A stretch of 50,984 nt of DNA, taken from assembly GCA_048213135.1 (NCBI GenBank), contig PS015498.1:1-50984 (forward strand). The letters run 5' to 3'. Positions 37,061 through 50,984 of the stretch are shown here, piece after piece. A program made the translations under genes and the position numbers. The stretch's first letter is position 1; the number at the start of each line of letters is the position of its first letter. Source of the DNA: Reclinomonas americana ATCC 50394 (lineage: Eukaryota). A model generated the notes under the pieces. That model worked only from the letters and a program-made list of their open reading frames with translations, ran no database searches and had not been told where the DNA came from.

Positions 37061-40000
37061 AGAGACACAGAGTAGTTGTCGAGGACTCANNNNNNNNNNN
37101 NNNNNNNNNNNNNNNNNNNNNNNNNNNNNNNNNNNNNNNNNNNNNNNNNNNNNNNNNNNNNNNNNNNNNNNNNNNNNNNNNNNNNNNNNNNNNNNNNNNN
37201 NNNNNNNNNNNNNNNNNNNNNNNNNNNNNNNNNNNNNNNNNNNNNNNNNNNNNNNNNNNNNNNNNNNNNNNNNNNNNNNNNNNNNNNNNNNNNNNNNNNN
37301 NNNNNNNNNNNNNNNNNNNNNNNNNNNNNNNNNNNNNNNNNNNNNNNNNNNNNNNNNNNNNNNNNNNNNNNNNNNNNNNNNNNNNNNNNNNNNNNNNNNN
37401 NNNNNNNNNNNNNNNNNNNNNNNNNNNNNNNNNNNNNNNNNNNNNNNNNNNNNNNNNNNNNNNNNNNNNNNNNNNNNNNNNNNNNNNNNNNNNNNNNNNN
37501 NNNNNNNNNNNNNNNNNNNNNNNNNNNNNNNNNNNNNNNNNNNNNNNNNNNNNNNNNNNNNNNNNNNNNNNNNNNNNNNNNNNNNNNNNNNNNNNNNNNN
37601 NNNNNNNNNNNNNNNNNNNNNNNNNNNNNNNNNNNNNNNNNNNNNNNNNNNNNNNNNNNNNNNNNNNNNNNNNNNNNNNNNNNNNNNNNNNNNNNNNNNN
37701 NNNNNNNNNNNNNNNNNNNNNNNNNNNNNNNNNNNNNNNNNNNNNNNNNNNNNNNNNNNNNNNNNNNNNNNNNNNNNNNNNNNNNNNNNNNNNNNNNNNN
37801 NNNNNNNNNNNNNNNNNNNNNNNNNNNNNNNNNNNNNNNNNNNNNNNNNNNNNNNNNNNNNNNNNNNNNNNNNNNNNNNNNNNNNNNNATCATCGAGTGA
37901 GGGCACTCGCGAGCCAGCAAGTACTCATCCGAAAGCAGTCATACCTGACCACCAGTTGCAGTGAAAATGATCGCACCTCCACCGTTGATAAGCGATGCGC
38001 TATCGGCGGTTCCGTCTGACACAACTATATGGACAGTGTAAGCAAGCACGATTGCATCGGTCGTGGTCCCCATCTCGCGTACCTCCACCAACTCCATTGT
38101 TTGATGCCGAATTCCAAGAGAACACAGTGGCTGTGTAGTTTGCCTGCGTAACAGTAGAAAGAGATGAAGTCATAAAGTCACTGTAACCTCGTTGATAGCG
38201 CGCAGCCGCCCATGTACCTTCACTTGCGAGGACGCAGATTGGAAAAAGATTGCACCACCGCCATTTGTATTGCTTGAGCTCCCAGCAGTTCCACTTGTTC
38301 CCCTTCCTGCTGTACGGATGAGCACATTAAAGAGAAGATCAACCGCGCAGCACAATCGATTGACCTCCACTTCCATTGCCACTGGCTGTGTTGTTCGTGT
38401 ATGTGCACGAATTGATCGTCTGAATCTGTGACGAAACAAGCAAACAGCGCTCAGCACAATACGCGACGCTTGCTGCGGTTTTCATCCCTCCCCATTGACA
38501 TACCTGTGCAGCATTGCTGGTGGGAAAAAAGGTCCACAGCGCACCGCCGCCGTTGTGATGTCCGGAGCTTGAGGCCGTGCCAGAAGAGACAGTAGTGCCT
38601 GGCACGACATGTGTTGCGATGAGTAAGCGCAGTGTCTCTCGTCATTGTCTCGACCACTCACCGGCACTGGCGTTGCCGTTGGCTCTGTTGCTGGTAAATG
38701 TGCAGCCGACAATTGTTTGCTACGCATCGCATATCAGGAGACATGTTGCGACCAAGGAAACACAGTGCATGCCAAACCAGTGTGGGAGATGAGCTTGTTG
38801 CAAACGTAATCCACAGCGCTCCACCTCCGTTGGAATTACCAGAGCTGGAAGCGTTGCCACCATTGGCAGTCGATCCTGCACAGACAGGAGCAGTGAGCAA
38901 ACATTGCCGGAACTTGTTTTAACAGACGCTTACTAATCACACTTGCCTCCATTGCCATTGCTTTCTGCTGCATTGTTGTCGAATGCACTGCTGCTGATCG
39001 TCTTTGGAAGACGGAAAGAGGGGATGGGCGATTCGCCAGAAACACACGCCGGTATACAGCGAAGAAGGCAAACCTGCGTGGTAGTCGTGCTTGAGAATTG
39101 CGTCCACACTGCACCGCCGCCGCTGTGATGTCCCGAACTGACTGCATTGCTGTCGTTGCCTGCCGTGCCTGCACCACACACGACAGAGACACATCCACAG
39201 GTTGAGACATACAGGTACCACACTGTAATCATATCACGACGCACCGCCGCTGGCGTTGCTGTTCGCAGAATTGCTCGAGAATGTGCTGTTGCCGATTGCC
39301 TGAGCTCAACGCCATGAGTGACACGAGTCGAACAAGAAAGTCAAGCGAGGCGTACCTGCACGGCAGTGCTGCTGGTGAACGTGGTCCAGAGTGCACCACC
39401 ACCGCAGTGGTGTCCGGAAGTGGTTGGAGATCCACTGATACCAGTGGAACCTACAGTTATTCTGGTCAGTTGGGTCGTCCGTCTCTTGCTTGCATCCCAT
39501 CAAGCTTAACTGTACCTCCGTTGGAATTGCTGGCGGCGGCGTTCGTGACAAACGTGCAGTCCGTAATTGACTACGACAACAATAAGAGGGAGTCAATATT
39601 TCCAGGACGCAACATTTCACCACCGCCGCAGCTCGACATACCTGGGTGCCGCTGCTGCCGGTTATAAAAGTCCACATGGCACCGCCACCGTTGTTACTGC
39701 CGACACTGGAAGCATCGCTTCTCGCGCTTGAGCCTGCAAGGAACATGAGGAGAGGAAAAGAACACATCGCCATCCACAATCCCAACGCACTTCGACCGGC
39801 GCTGCCGTTGCTGCTGGCTGCATTGCTTGCGAATGTGCAATTGCTGATGCTCTACAGCACGTACGAGAAACCATCAATGATGCAGAAGAATAGTGTGCAC
39901 ACGACATCAGAATGAACGCCAACCTGAGTGACACCGCTGCTGACTGAAAAGTAGCTCCACATTGCACCGCCGCCGCTGTCGTGACCAGAACTGGAAGAGA

Positions 40001-40503
40001 GCACAGAGTTGCCTGTATACGCCAATGAGGGGGTGCTAGACCACTTGTTTGTCGGTGGCAACCAACCACGCATGCACGCCTATGTATACACTCACCTCCG
40101 TTGACGTTTGTTTTGGCTGCATTGCTCGTAAATATGCAACCGCTTACTGACTGCAGCAGTGCCACGAACAATCAATCAGTCGGCACTGGCAAACCGACGA
40201 TATCATGCGCGCACCGACAAACCTGCGTAGCAGTGGTACCCGAGACAAGCAGCCACAGCGCTCCGCCGCCGTTGTTGTAACCAGAACTTGCCGCCGAGTC
40301 ACCGGTACCTGCAGCAACAAACCAAATCAATGCCCACATAAATTAGGTACGCACACACTGTCAATCTCTTCGCCACCTCCGTTGACGTTGCTACTCGCCA
40401 CATTATTGGTGAAAGTGCAATTTCGTAGAGACTACACCGATACAAATGATACGAGTAAAAAAGATCAGTGCTTAGCAGGCGACAGGTCACCTCAGCAAAT
40501 AAA
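32319..40503 (-). CDS. Giant Pmp-like right-handed beta-helix surface protein/receptor (GGG[A/G] and FxxN repeats, Cys-rich region, probable TM region in gap, Pro-rich tail); 5' end unresolved
   Basis: Dozens of alternating FxxN.A and GG[A/G][LVI] motifs; CPAGQQYTSIGCESCPAKEY...CRSCP...CNGG and YTCPYDYC before the gap; the 32319-32890 ORF is linked to it only across the gap. Confidence 0.85.
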
Positions 40504-40572
40504 NNNNNNNNNNNNNNNNNNNNNNNNNNNNNNNNNNNNNNNNNCCTCATCAAGTGTGCTCTACTGCCACAG

Positions 40573-40987
40573 GCGACACCACCAGCCTTGATGCTTTCTC
40601 GAGCAGCTCTGAGAATGGCGGCGGTGCAGTGTCGTCTCGATTTGGCGGAGCGGCATCACAGGTGCGCTCATCGTGTCCTGGTTGCCGACCGGCGGCGGTG
40701 CACGCATGCGACTTACGTGTTGTCGGTTTGTGCAGACAATCAGCAGCAGCATATTTGCAGATAACGCGGCCACCAGCAACGCCAATGGAGGTGATTCCTC
40801 TCTCTCTCTCTGTCACACACACTCTCTCTCCCTGTGGGTGGGAGAGAGCAGAGGACAGAAATCGTCAATCCAGCTCAACTATTTGATGTGTGCAGGCTTC
40901 AGTTCTGGTGGCGATGCTTCTAGTTCCGGCCACGATAGCGGAGGCGGTGCACTGTGGACCATGTTTGCAAGCAGCAGCGGCACTCAG
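40573..40987 (+). CDS. Three exons of the same Pmp cassette type on a gap-bounded, oppositely oriented segment (40545-41057)
   Basis: GDTTSLDAFSSSSENGGGAVSSRFGGAASQ | TISSSIFADNAATSNANG | GFSSGGDASSSGHDSGGGALWTMFASSSGTQ, with the same intron phases as the minus-strand array. Confidence 0.85.
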
Positions 40988-41475
40988 GTTGGTCTCGCTG
41001 GACCGAGAGAAAGAGATAGAAGTCAATGGGGACGATTGACTGAAGCTTCTGCTTGTANNNNNNNNNNNNNNNNNNNNNNNNNNNNNNNNNNNNNNNNNNN
41101 NNNNNNNNNNNNNNNNNNNNNTACGACAGGTATCGAGAGGTGTCTGGTGGTGATAATCATGATGGCATGCCGACACATTAACTTGTCTGGGACAGCGAAT
41201 GAATTTGTTGTTGTTCGAACGCGTGTCCGGGATTTCCATCTGTGCGACTTGCCTCCGACTGCAGGAACGTGGCCATCATGCAGCTGTGCTGTTTATCCAT
41301 AGTAGGAAGTCACTGCAGCGCTGCGGCAGTTTTGCAGGCGGCCGTGCATGCGTGTGTGGCTCATCTTGTGGCGGACATTGGCTCGAAATGGTAAATTTCC
41401 AGAGCTAGCTGCCATCCACCTCTCGGCACGGGGCACACATAACCTGGCACGCACACACGCACACACGCACGCACC

Positions 41476-41778
41476 ATGCCGTCCTCCGTCCACCGCTTCT
41501 TCTCCGACCTGTGGGCAAAGGAGATGCAGTGGTCGAGCTGGGCCGCCAGCATCGAAGACTGCAAGCACAGCGTGAGCGAGGGCAACAACTGCGTGCTTCA
41601 GTTCTGCGTCGGTGTGGTGCTTCTGTATGGTCTCCTGTGCATGGGGCTGTATGCTGTGCTTGCTGTTCTCATCATCGTGCTGTGGGTGCTGCTGATGATG
41701 TTCTTTGGCTGGCCCTGCTGCACCTGTTGTCAGTACGACGAGAGAGAAGACGGGAGAGTGTCGCCGTCGCCAGTGTGA
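41476..41778 (+). CDS. Small membrane protein (100 aa) with a long hydrophobic stretch and a juxtamembrane Cys cluster
   Basis: VLQFCVGVVLLYGLLCMGLYAVLAVLIIVLWVLLMMFFGWPCCTCC; GC3-rich codons. Confidence 0.65.
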   Translation: MPSSVHRFFSDLWAKEMQWSSWAASIEDCKHSVSEGNNCVLQFCVGVVLLYGLLCMGLYAVLAVLIIVLWVLLMMFFGWPCCTCCQYDEREDGRVSPSPV

Positions 41779-42167
41779 GTGCACTCGTGGTTGTGGGTAG
41801 CAGGCATGTAAGAACTGGCGGCGCGTTCTCGTGCAGAAACACCAGCATGATTGATAGATCTAGATCTATAGAGGTCTCGCCTTTTCCGTGATGTTTCAGT
41901 TTCTGGTGCTCACTCACTCAAGAAGATGGTGATCACCACTGCTGTTTGGATCAGTAAAGTTGTTGTTGTTGTTGGAATTGTTATGAACACAATCCCGATA
42001 TCGATATTGATATACTGAACTTCGAAGGTCTCTCTTGCAATTGCGTGCACGATGTGCTCCTGCATTCCTTTTAACTACGTGAAGGCGTCTATACTGCAGC
42101 TGCAACATACCACACAGACTGGATGTTCGATGCGTACACAGGACACCTGAACAATCATTGCACCGCA

Positions 42168-43731
42168 ATGCTTGGTCGTCTCGCCGGAATGCTCCGGCGA
42201 ATGGTGCCGAGTGGTCGCACCCATGTGGGCATCGATGGTCACGGCAACAAATGTTTCGTGTCTCCTCCTCCACTGCACACTCACTCTCTCACTCTCTNNN
42301 NNNNNNNNNNNNNNNNNNNNNNNNNNNNNNNNNNNNNNNNNNNNNNNNNNNNNNNNNNNNNNNNNNNNNNNNNNNNNNNNNNNNNNNNNNNNNNNNNNNN
42401 NNNNNNNNNNNNNNNNNNNNNNNNNNNNNNNNNNNNNNNNNNNNNNNNNNNNNNNNNNNNNNNNNNNNNNNNNNNNNNNNNNNNNNNNNNNNNNNNNNNN
42501 NNNNNNNNNNNNNNNNNNNNNNNNNNNNNNNNNNNNNNNNNNNNNNNNNNNNNNNNNNNNNNNNNNNNNNNNNNNNNNNNNNNNNNNNNNNNNNNNNNNN
42601 NNNNNNNNNNNNNNNNNNNNNNNNNNNNNNNNNNNNNNNNNNNNNNNNNNNNNNNNNNNNNNNNNNNNNNNNNNNNNNNNNNNNNNNNNNNNNNNNNNNN
42701 NNNNCACACTCTCTCCTCAAAGATTTCGAAGTGATCGAGGAGGCCGGTGCGCGTCTCTCACTCTCACCAAAGAAGACAAAGCTCGTGTGTGTTAACTACC
42801 TCTCCCTCTCTCTCTCTCTCTCGCACACAGGAAAAGCCCCTCGCAGAGTGGTGCAGTACCGCGACGACATTGATCCCTCGACAATCCCCGTCGAGTGGCA
42901 CAGCTGGTTGCACTATGTTGCGCCCATCCTCCCCCATTTCCTCCTCCTCCTCTGACTCACTCACTGCCCACACACACAGTCACGCACCACTCCACCGACT
43001 CCAGAGGTCGCCCAGTTGTCTCTCACTTGCTCTCTGTCATTCTCCTATCTCACTGGCCCCCCACACACACAGGAGATTGAGATGCTGACGGCCAAGAAGG
43101 AGCAGCTGGCGAGAAAAGGACGAGAATGGGATGCGGAAGACCGCAAGCTGCGAATGCAAGAAGTGTCGGATCGCGAGAGCATGAGCCAGCGAGGTCGGTT
43201 GACTTGCTTCTCGTCCCTTCTCTTCCTTCCCTTCTCTGCTCTTCCCTTCTCTTCTCTTCTCTGTTCTTCCTTTTCCTTCTCTTCTCTTCTCTGCTCTCCT
43301 CTGCTCTTCACTTCACTCTCCTCTCCTCTCTCCTTCAATCTCCTCTCTCCTCTTCCCTCCTCTGCTTTCTCTTCTCGTCTCTCTCTCCCTCCTCTTCTCT
43401 TCTCTTGCTCTTCTCATCTCTCTCTTCTCCTTCCTTCTCCTCCTTCCTCTTCTCCGTCATGGAGAAGCTCTTCCACCATCTTTCCTCCGTCGTCTGACGA
43501 GTGACGGACACAGCCACTGCAGCGCAAGCGATGCTGGCACAGGCGGCGCAGGATGCTGCAGCGAACATGCCGGCGAAGCTTGGAAAGGCGACTGCAACAG
43601 CAGCAGCAGCGACACCGGCGACTGGACCCGCGCAGCCGTCGAGACCGCGTGCGGGTACGGGAGTGACGCCGACGTTTGAGGCCGATTCGTGGACACCTGG
43701 TGGAGGCGGTGGCGGCGGGAGTAGCTCATAG
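42168..43731 (+). CDS. NDUFAF2: NDUFA12/NDUFAF2 (mimitin) family complex I protein, most like assembly factor NDUFAF2
   Basis: HVGIDGHGNK|YFE, RRVVQY...DPSTIPVEWHSWLHY|SRTTPPTPE|EI, and C-terminal TFEADSWTPG. Confidence 0.8.
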
Positions 43732-43974
43732 CTTGAGTGGCGTGTGGGGAGGAGAGCATGCGTGGTACAGAAAATCCTCCTCCCTGCATACGCAATTGAC
43801 TGAGTTGGAGGGTGTGTCGCAAGTAGAGCAGTTGCATACCACTTCTCCACTCGTGAGAGATTACACTCGCACTTACAGCTTGCTGAGTTTAGAGGGTGCG
43901 TTGCAAGCAGTCCCGCTCGTGGATTGGGTATCGGTATCGAGGAGAGCGCGTGTTTGCGGTCACTCTCTCTCTCT

Positions 43975-44650
43975 CTCTTCCTCTCCGATGGCGATTGCTC
44001 GTCGAGCGTCACCCAACAGGGCAGCATCTTTCGTGTCCTCATGAGTTGATGGCTGTCAGGGCTGCGACGAGACATTGCTTCGCGAGCTGTTACGAAGCTG
44101 AGGAGCCCCTCTCGCACATTCGCGAGTTGTCGGCAATCGCTCGGCAGACGAGAAGCGATCATTGCCAGCAGGATTCAACAATCCCCTCTTCCTCTCCTTT
44201 TGCTCGTCGAGCGCAACAGCGACTCCCGTGTCCTCACGAGTTGATGGCTGTCAGGGCTGCGACGAGACTTCGCAGTCCTCACCTCTTCTTCAACCGTGCC
44301 CGCAGTTTGCGATGGAACGGAAGAGCTACTCGATTCTCTCCTCTTTCTCGTTCGTGGGTTGTCAGCAATCGCTCGCGTCTGGTTTCAGGCAGGCGAGCAG
44401 CAGGCTAACATTCCCCTCTTCCTCTCCTTTTGCTCGTCGAGCACAACAACGACTCCTGTATCCTCACGAGTTGATGGCTGTCAGGGCTGCGACGAGTCAT
44501 TGCGATCCTCGCTTCTCTCTTGCTCGTGAGCTGTTACGAATTGATGAGCTCTCCGGGGTTCTCCTCTCTCACATTCGCGAGTTGTCAGCGATCGCTCGGC
44601 AGACGAGAAGCGATCATTGCCAGCAGGTTTCAACATTCCCCTCTTCCTCC
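43975..44650. repeat. Intergenic compound direct repeat between convergent genes
   Basis: Block A GCTCGTCGAGC...CCTCA(C/T)GAGTTGATGGCTGTCAGGGCTGCGACGAG three times (~43997, 44202, 44432); block B CACATTCGCGAGTTGTC...CAGACGAGAAGCGATCATTGCCAGCAGG twice (~44115, 44570). Confidence 0.9.
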
Positions 44651-44704
44651 TCCTCCTTTCTCTCTCGTGATCCTCCTTCCTGTCTAATCCCTCCACTTTC
44701 AATC

Positions 44705-48502
<3,798 letters not shown>

Positions 48503-49237
48503 GGAGAAAAGTGAGACAGAATTTCCCGCGCATTGCTGTAAACCTTACACAATTCCCAGTCGACTGCAAGTGGCACGTGCGGATGCAGAGTAAGCCGTTC
48601 CAGGAGCGTACGTACTTGGTTGATCAAAGCAACGAGGCATTTCTGGAGTGGAGCGCAGGCTTTGTTCGCTTCGAATTCCGATATCGATATCGTTTTTCTC
48701 AAGATCAAAAGATCAACAAGTTTACTAATCCAAACAGCAACACAGCTGCGTGATGTTCACCGCCTTGAATGAGCACCAGAAACCCAGGCTTAACGGAATA
48801 ACCGAGAAAAAATCGAGAGCTAATATAATGCTGGCGTTTCTGCAAGAGAAACCACGGCTCATCACAAGCATTGACTTGATGACTTCCGCTTTGCTGCAGC
48901 ACCATCCGCCCCCTCGCGTTCCTATGTGAAACCTGGCTTTTGTATCCGTGCCGGCCATGGCCACACGCTCTTGCAAATGCGAAAAAACGCGAGAAATCGA
49001 ACAAAAGCCATGGCCGGCTCCAGCCGCGGATCCGATCGCGAGAGCGACCGCCACTCGCTGCAGTCGTTGCACTGCAGGAAAAAGCTGCGGTTTATTGTGT
49101 AAAGTTGCGGGTTACCGAATTTCCCTGCGCACAACCCTCACACAATCTTCTCGCACACAGAGTGAGTCGTGCGTGTGTTCTCCTCTCACTTCTTCTGTGA
49201 CTCTCTGACTGACTGTGTGCTTGTGTGCAGGATAAGG

Positions 49238-49650
49238 ATGGGTGTGTGTTTGTGTGTGCGCCTCTGTGTGTGTGTGTGTGTGTGCGTGACTCTCATCTTG
49301 TGTGTCTCTGTGTGCACAGGCAGTTCCGCGAGTACTGTTGCTGGCCGCGAAGGTTTGTGTTAGCGCCTTGCTTGTTCTTGTGTGAGACATGACAAAGAGG
49401 GCCTTTCTAACATTCATCAGTCAGTCATTACATTCCTTGCACTCTTCTTTTCTCTCTTTCTCTCTCTCTCTCTCACTCTCACTCTCACTCTCTCTACCTG
49501 CAGCTCAATGTCAGTAGCATCCCCTGTCACTCTCTGCACTGTCTTCTGCGAGAGAGAGACGCACACGAACACACACACAGACACACTCACACCTGCCTCT
49601 CTCTCCCCATGGCTCAGTGACAGCAATCTCCGCTGTCATCTCGATACACA

Positions 49651-49738
<88 letters not shown>

Positions 49739-49925
49739 GTACGTACGTACGTACACCGACCGTACCGTACCGACCGTACGTACCGTACNNNNNNNNNNNN
49801 NNNNNNNNCTTCCCCCCCTTACGGTCGGTCCTACGTACGGTACGTAACGACGAACTAACTACCGTACCTCGTCGTCTCTCGTACGTACTACACACACACA
49901 CTACACACACACACACACACACACA

Positions 49926-49961
<36 letters not shown>

Positions 49962-50027
49962 CTCTGTCCTCATGGCTCAGTGACAGCAACCACCGCTGTC
50001 ATCTCAATACACACACACACACGCACT

Positions 50028-50102
<75 letters not shown>

Positions 50103-50468
50103 GCACGCACGCACGCACGCACCAGCCTCTCTGTCCACATGGCTCAGTGACAGCAGCATCCGCTGTCATCTCGATACACACACACACGCACTCATTCACC
50201 TGCCTCTCTCCCTCTCTCCCTCCCTCTCTCTCTCTCCCTCTCCCCTCTCTCCCTTCTTCCCTCCCTCCTTCCCTCCTCCTCGCTCATCCTTCCCTTCCCC
50301 TCCTCAGTCTTCGCCTCCGGAGGCCTGTCGCCTGGCCTGGTGATGGAGGAGTCTCCTGGAAACCAGTCGTGCCACCCGACATCGTCCTCGTCGTCGCCAT
50401 CGGGAGCGCCGGCGGACGTGGCACTGATGGGCTTTGCAGGGGCCGAGAGCAGCGATGGGGGGTTCTGA
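49238..50468 (+). CDS. Possible gene starting [12 protein letters not shown] (N-myristoylation-like), built from micro-exons; downstream structure uncertain
   Basis: cag|GATAAGGATGG|gt (49231-49241) and cag|GCAGTTCC...GAAG|gt (49320-49352) splice in frame; a candidate further exon starts at 50308 after a polypyrimidine tract. Confidence 0.35.
49608..50180. repeat. Three copies of a ~38-bp element with TGACAGC-N7-GCTGTCA dyad, separated by (CA)n/(CT)n tracts
   Basis: CATGGCTCAGTGACAGCnnnnnnnGCTGTCATCTC.ATAC at 49608, 49971 and 50138. Confidence 0.9.
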
Positions 50469-50984
50469 GGGACGCGGGAGCGGAGCTTTCTTGTTGTATT
50501 GTGTGTGTCAGAGTGCTTGTGCGTTGTGCGTTTTTCTTGCCTCGGCGCAAGTGCAGTGAGCTCGTCACGAATGTGGTGAAAAAGAAGCAAGGCAACGTGC
50601 TGCTGTGATTTTTTGCCTTGTGTATGGAGAGACAGAAGATGGTGTGAAGGTAGGCAGCTCACGCGCAGGTTTGGATCACCTGGTTTGTTGGTTCTCTGCT
50701 GCACAGACAGTAGGCTGCTGCGCGATGTCCCTTCTCTCCCTCCCCCTCCTCTCTCTCTCTCTGGTGGTTTTACATCTTTGTCAGATGCCTTTGTTCATCG
50801 CAGAATTACGTTCTCTCTTTCCAGCGCTTCTTTGTTTCTGCCTCTCTCTTCGTTTCCCTTCCTGCTTGTTCCATTTTCATAGTATTGCCGTAATTCCACT
50901 AAGTTGTTCATTATCCTCTTCTACATTAGGCATTTCTATTCGACTCTCTCTCTCCCTCTCTCTCTTTTTTTTTTTTTCTCTCTC

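Noticed and set aside
49735-49895. TACG/CGTAC-rich quasi-repeat around a gap, which looks like a novel satellite
   Set aside because: It flanks a gap next to microsatellites and follows the T-A-C-G cycle, as expected for pyrosequencing flow-order noise at read ends; probably not genomic.
49608-50180. CRISPR-like array (palindromic repeats with spacers)
   Set aside because: Spacers are microsatellites of very unequal length, there are no cas genes, and the context is eukaryotic.
50192-50704. Minus-strand 170-aa ORF ([14 protein letters not shown])
   Set aside because: It runs into a purine/pyrimidine tract, has no recognisable motif, and nearby splice signals point to the + strand; not supportable.

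Overview
Compact, GC-rich, intron-dense eukaryotic (protist-like) draft scaffold with N gaps and many (CA)n/(CT)n/(CAA)n microsatellites. Most introns are about 50-75 nt, so the ORF track is fragmentary. I spliced the genes by hand, and exon boundaries are inferred from reading-frame continuity, not transcript data. About 17-18 genes in order: Tweety/prominin-like membrane protein (partial), WAPL, secreted PA14-like/EGF/SUEL lectin, XK-like membrane protein, two tandem WD40 genes, EF-hand protein, cytochrome b5-like protein, GMC oxidoreductase, Kelch protein, multi-PH protein, repeat-type membrane protein, degenerate prenylated Ras/Rho-like protein, giant Pmp-repeat (GGGA/FxxN) surface protein, small TM protein, NDUFAF2/NDUFA12-family protein and Osm1-type fumarate reductase. 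Main observations: (1) about 20 inferred introns use an atypical donor GTTGCG(T), almost always without exonic G at -1, suggesting systematic one-nucleotide-shifted U1 recognition; (2) the Pmp gene has an array of at least 9 phase-compatible two-exon cassettes grading into a 1.95-kb intronless exon; (3) a Ras/Rho-fold pseudo-GTPase keeps a CAAX box; (4) two gap-bounded segments are inverted relative to their genes, probably scaffolding errors. No CRISPR array, RNA gene or recognisable transposon was seen.
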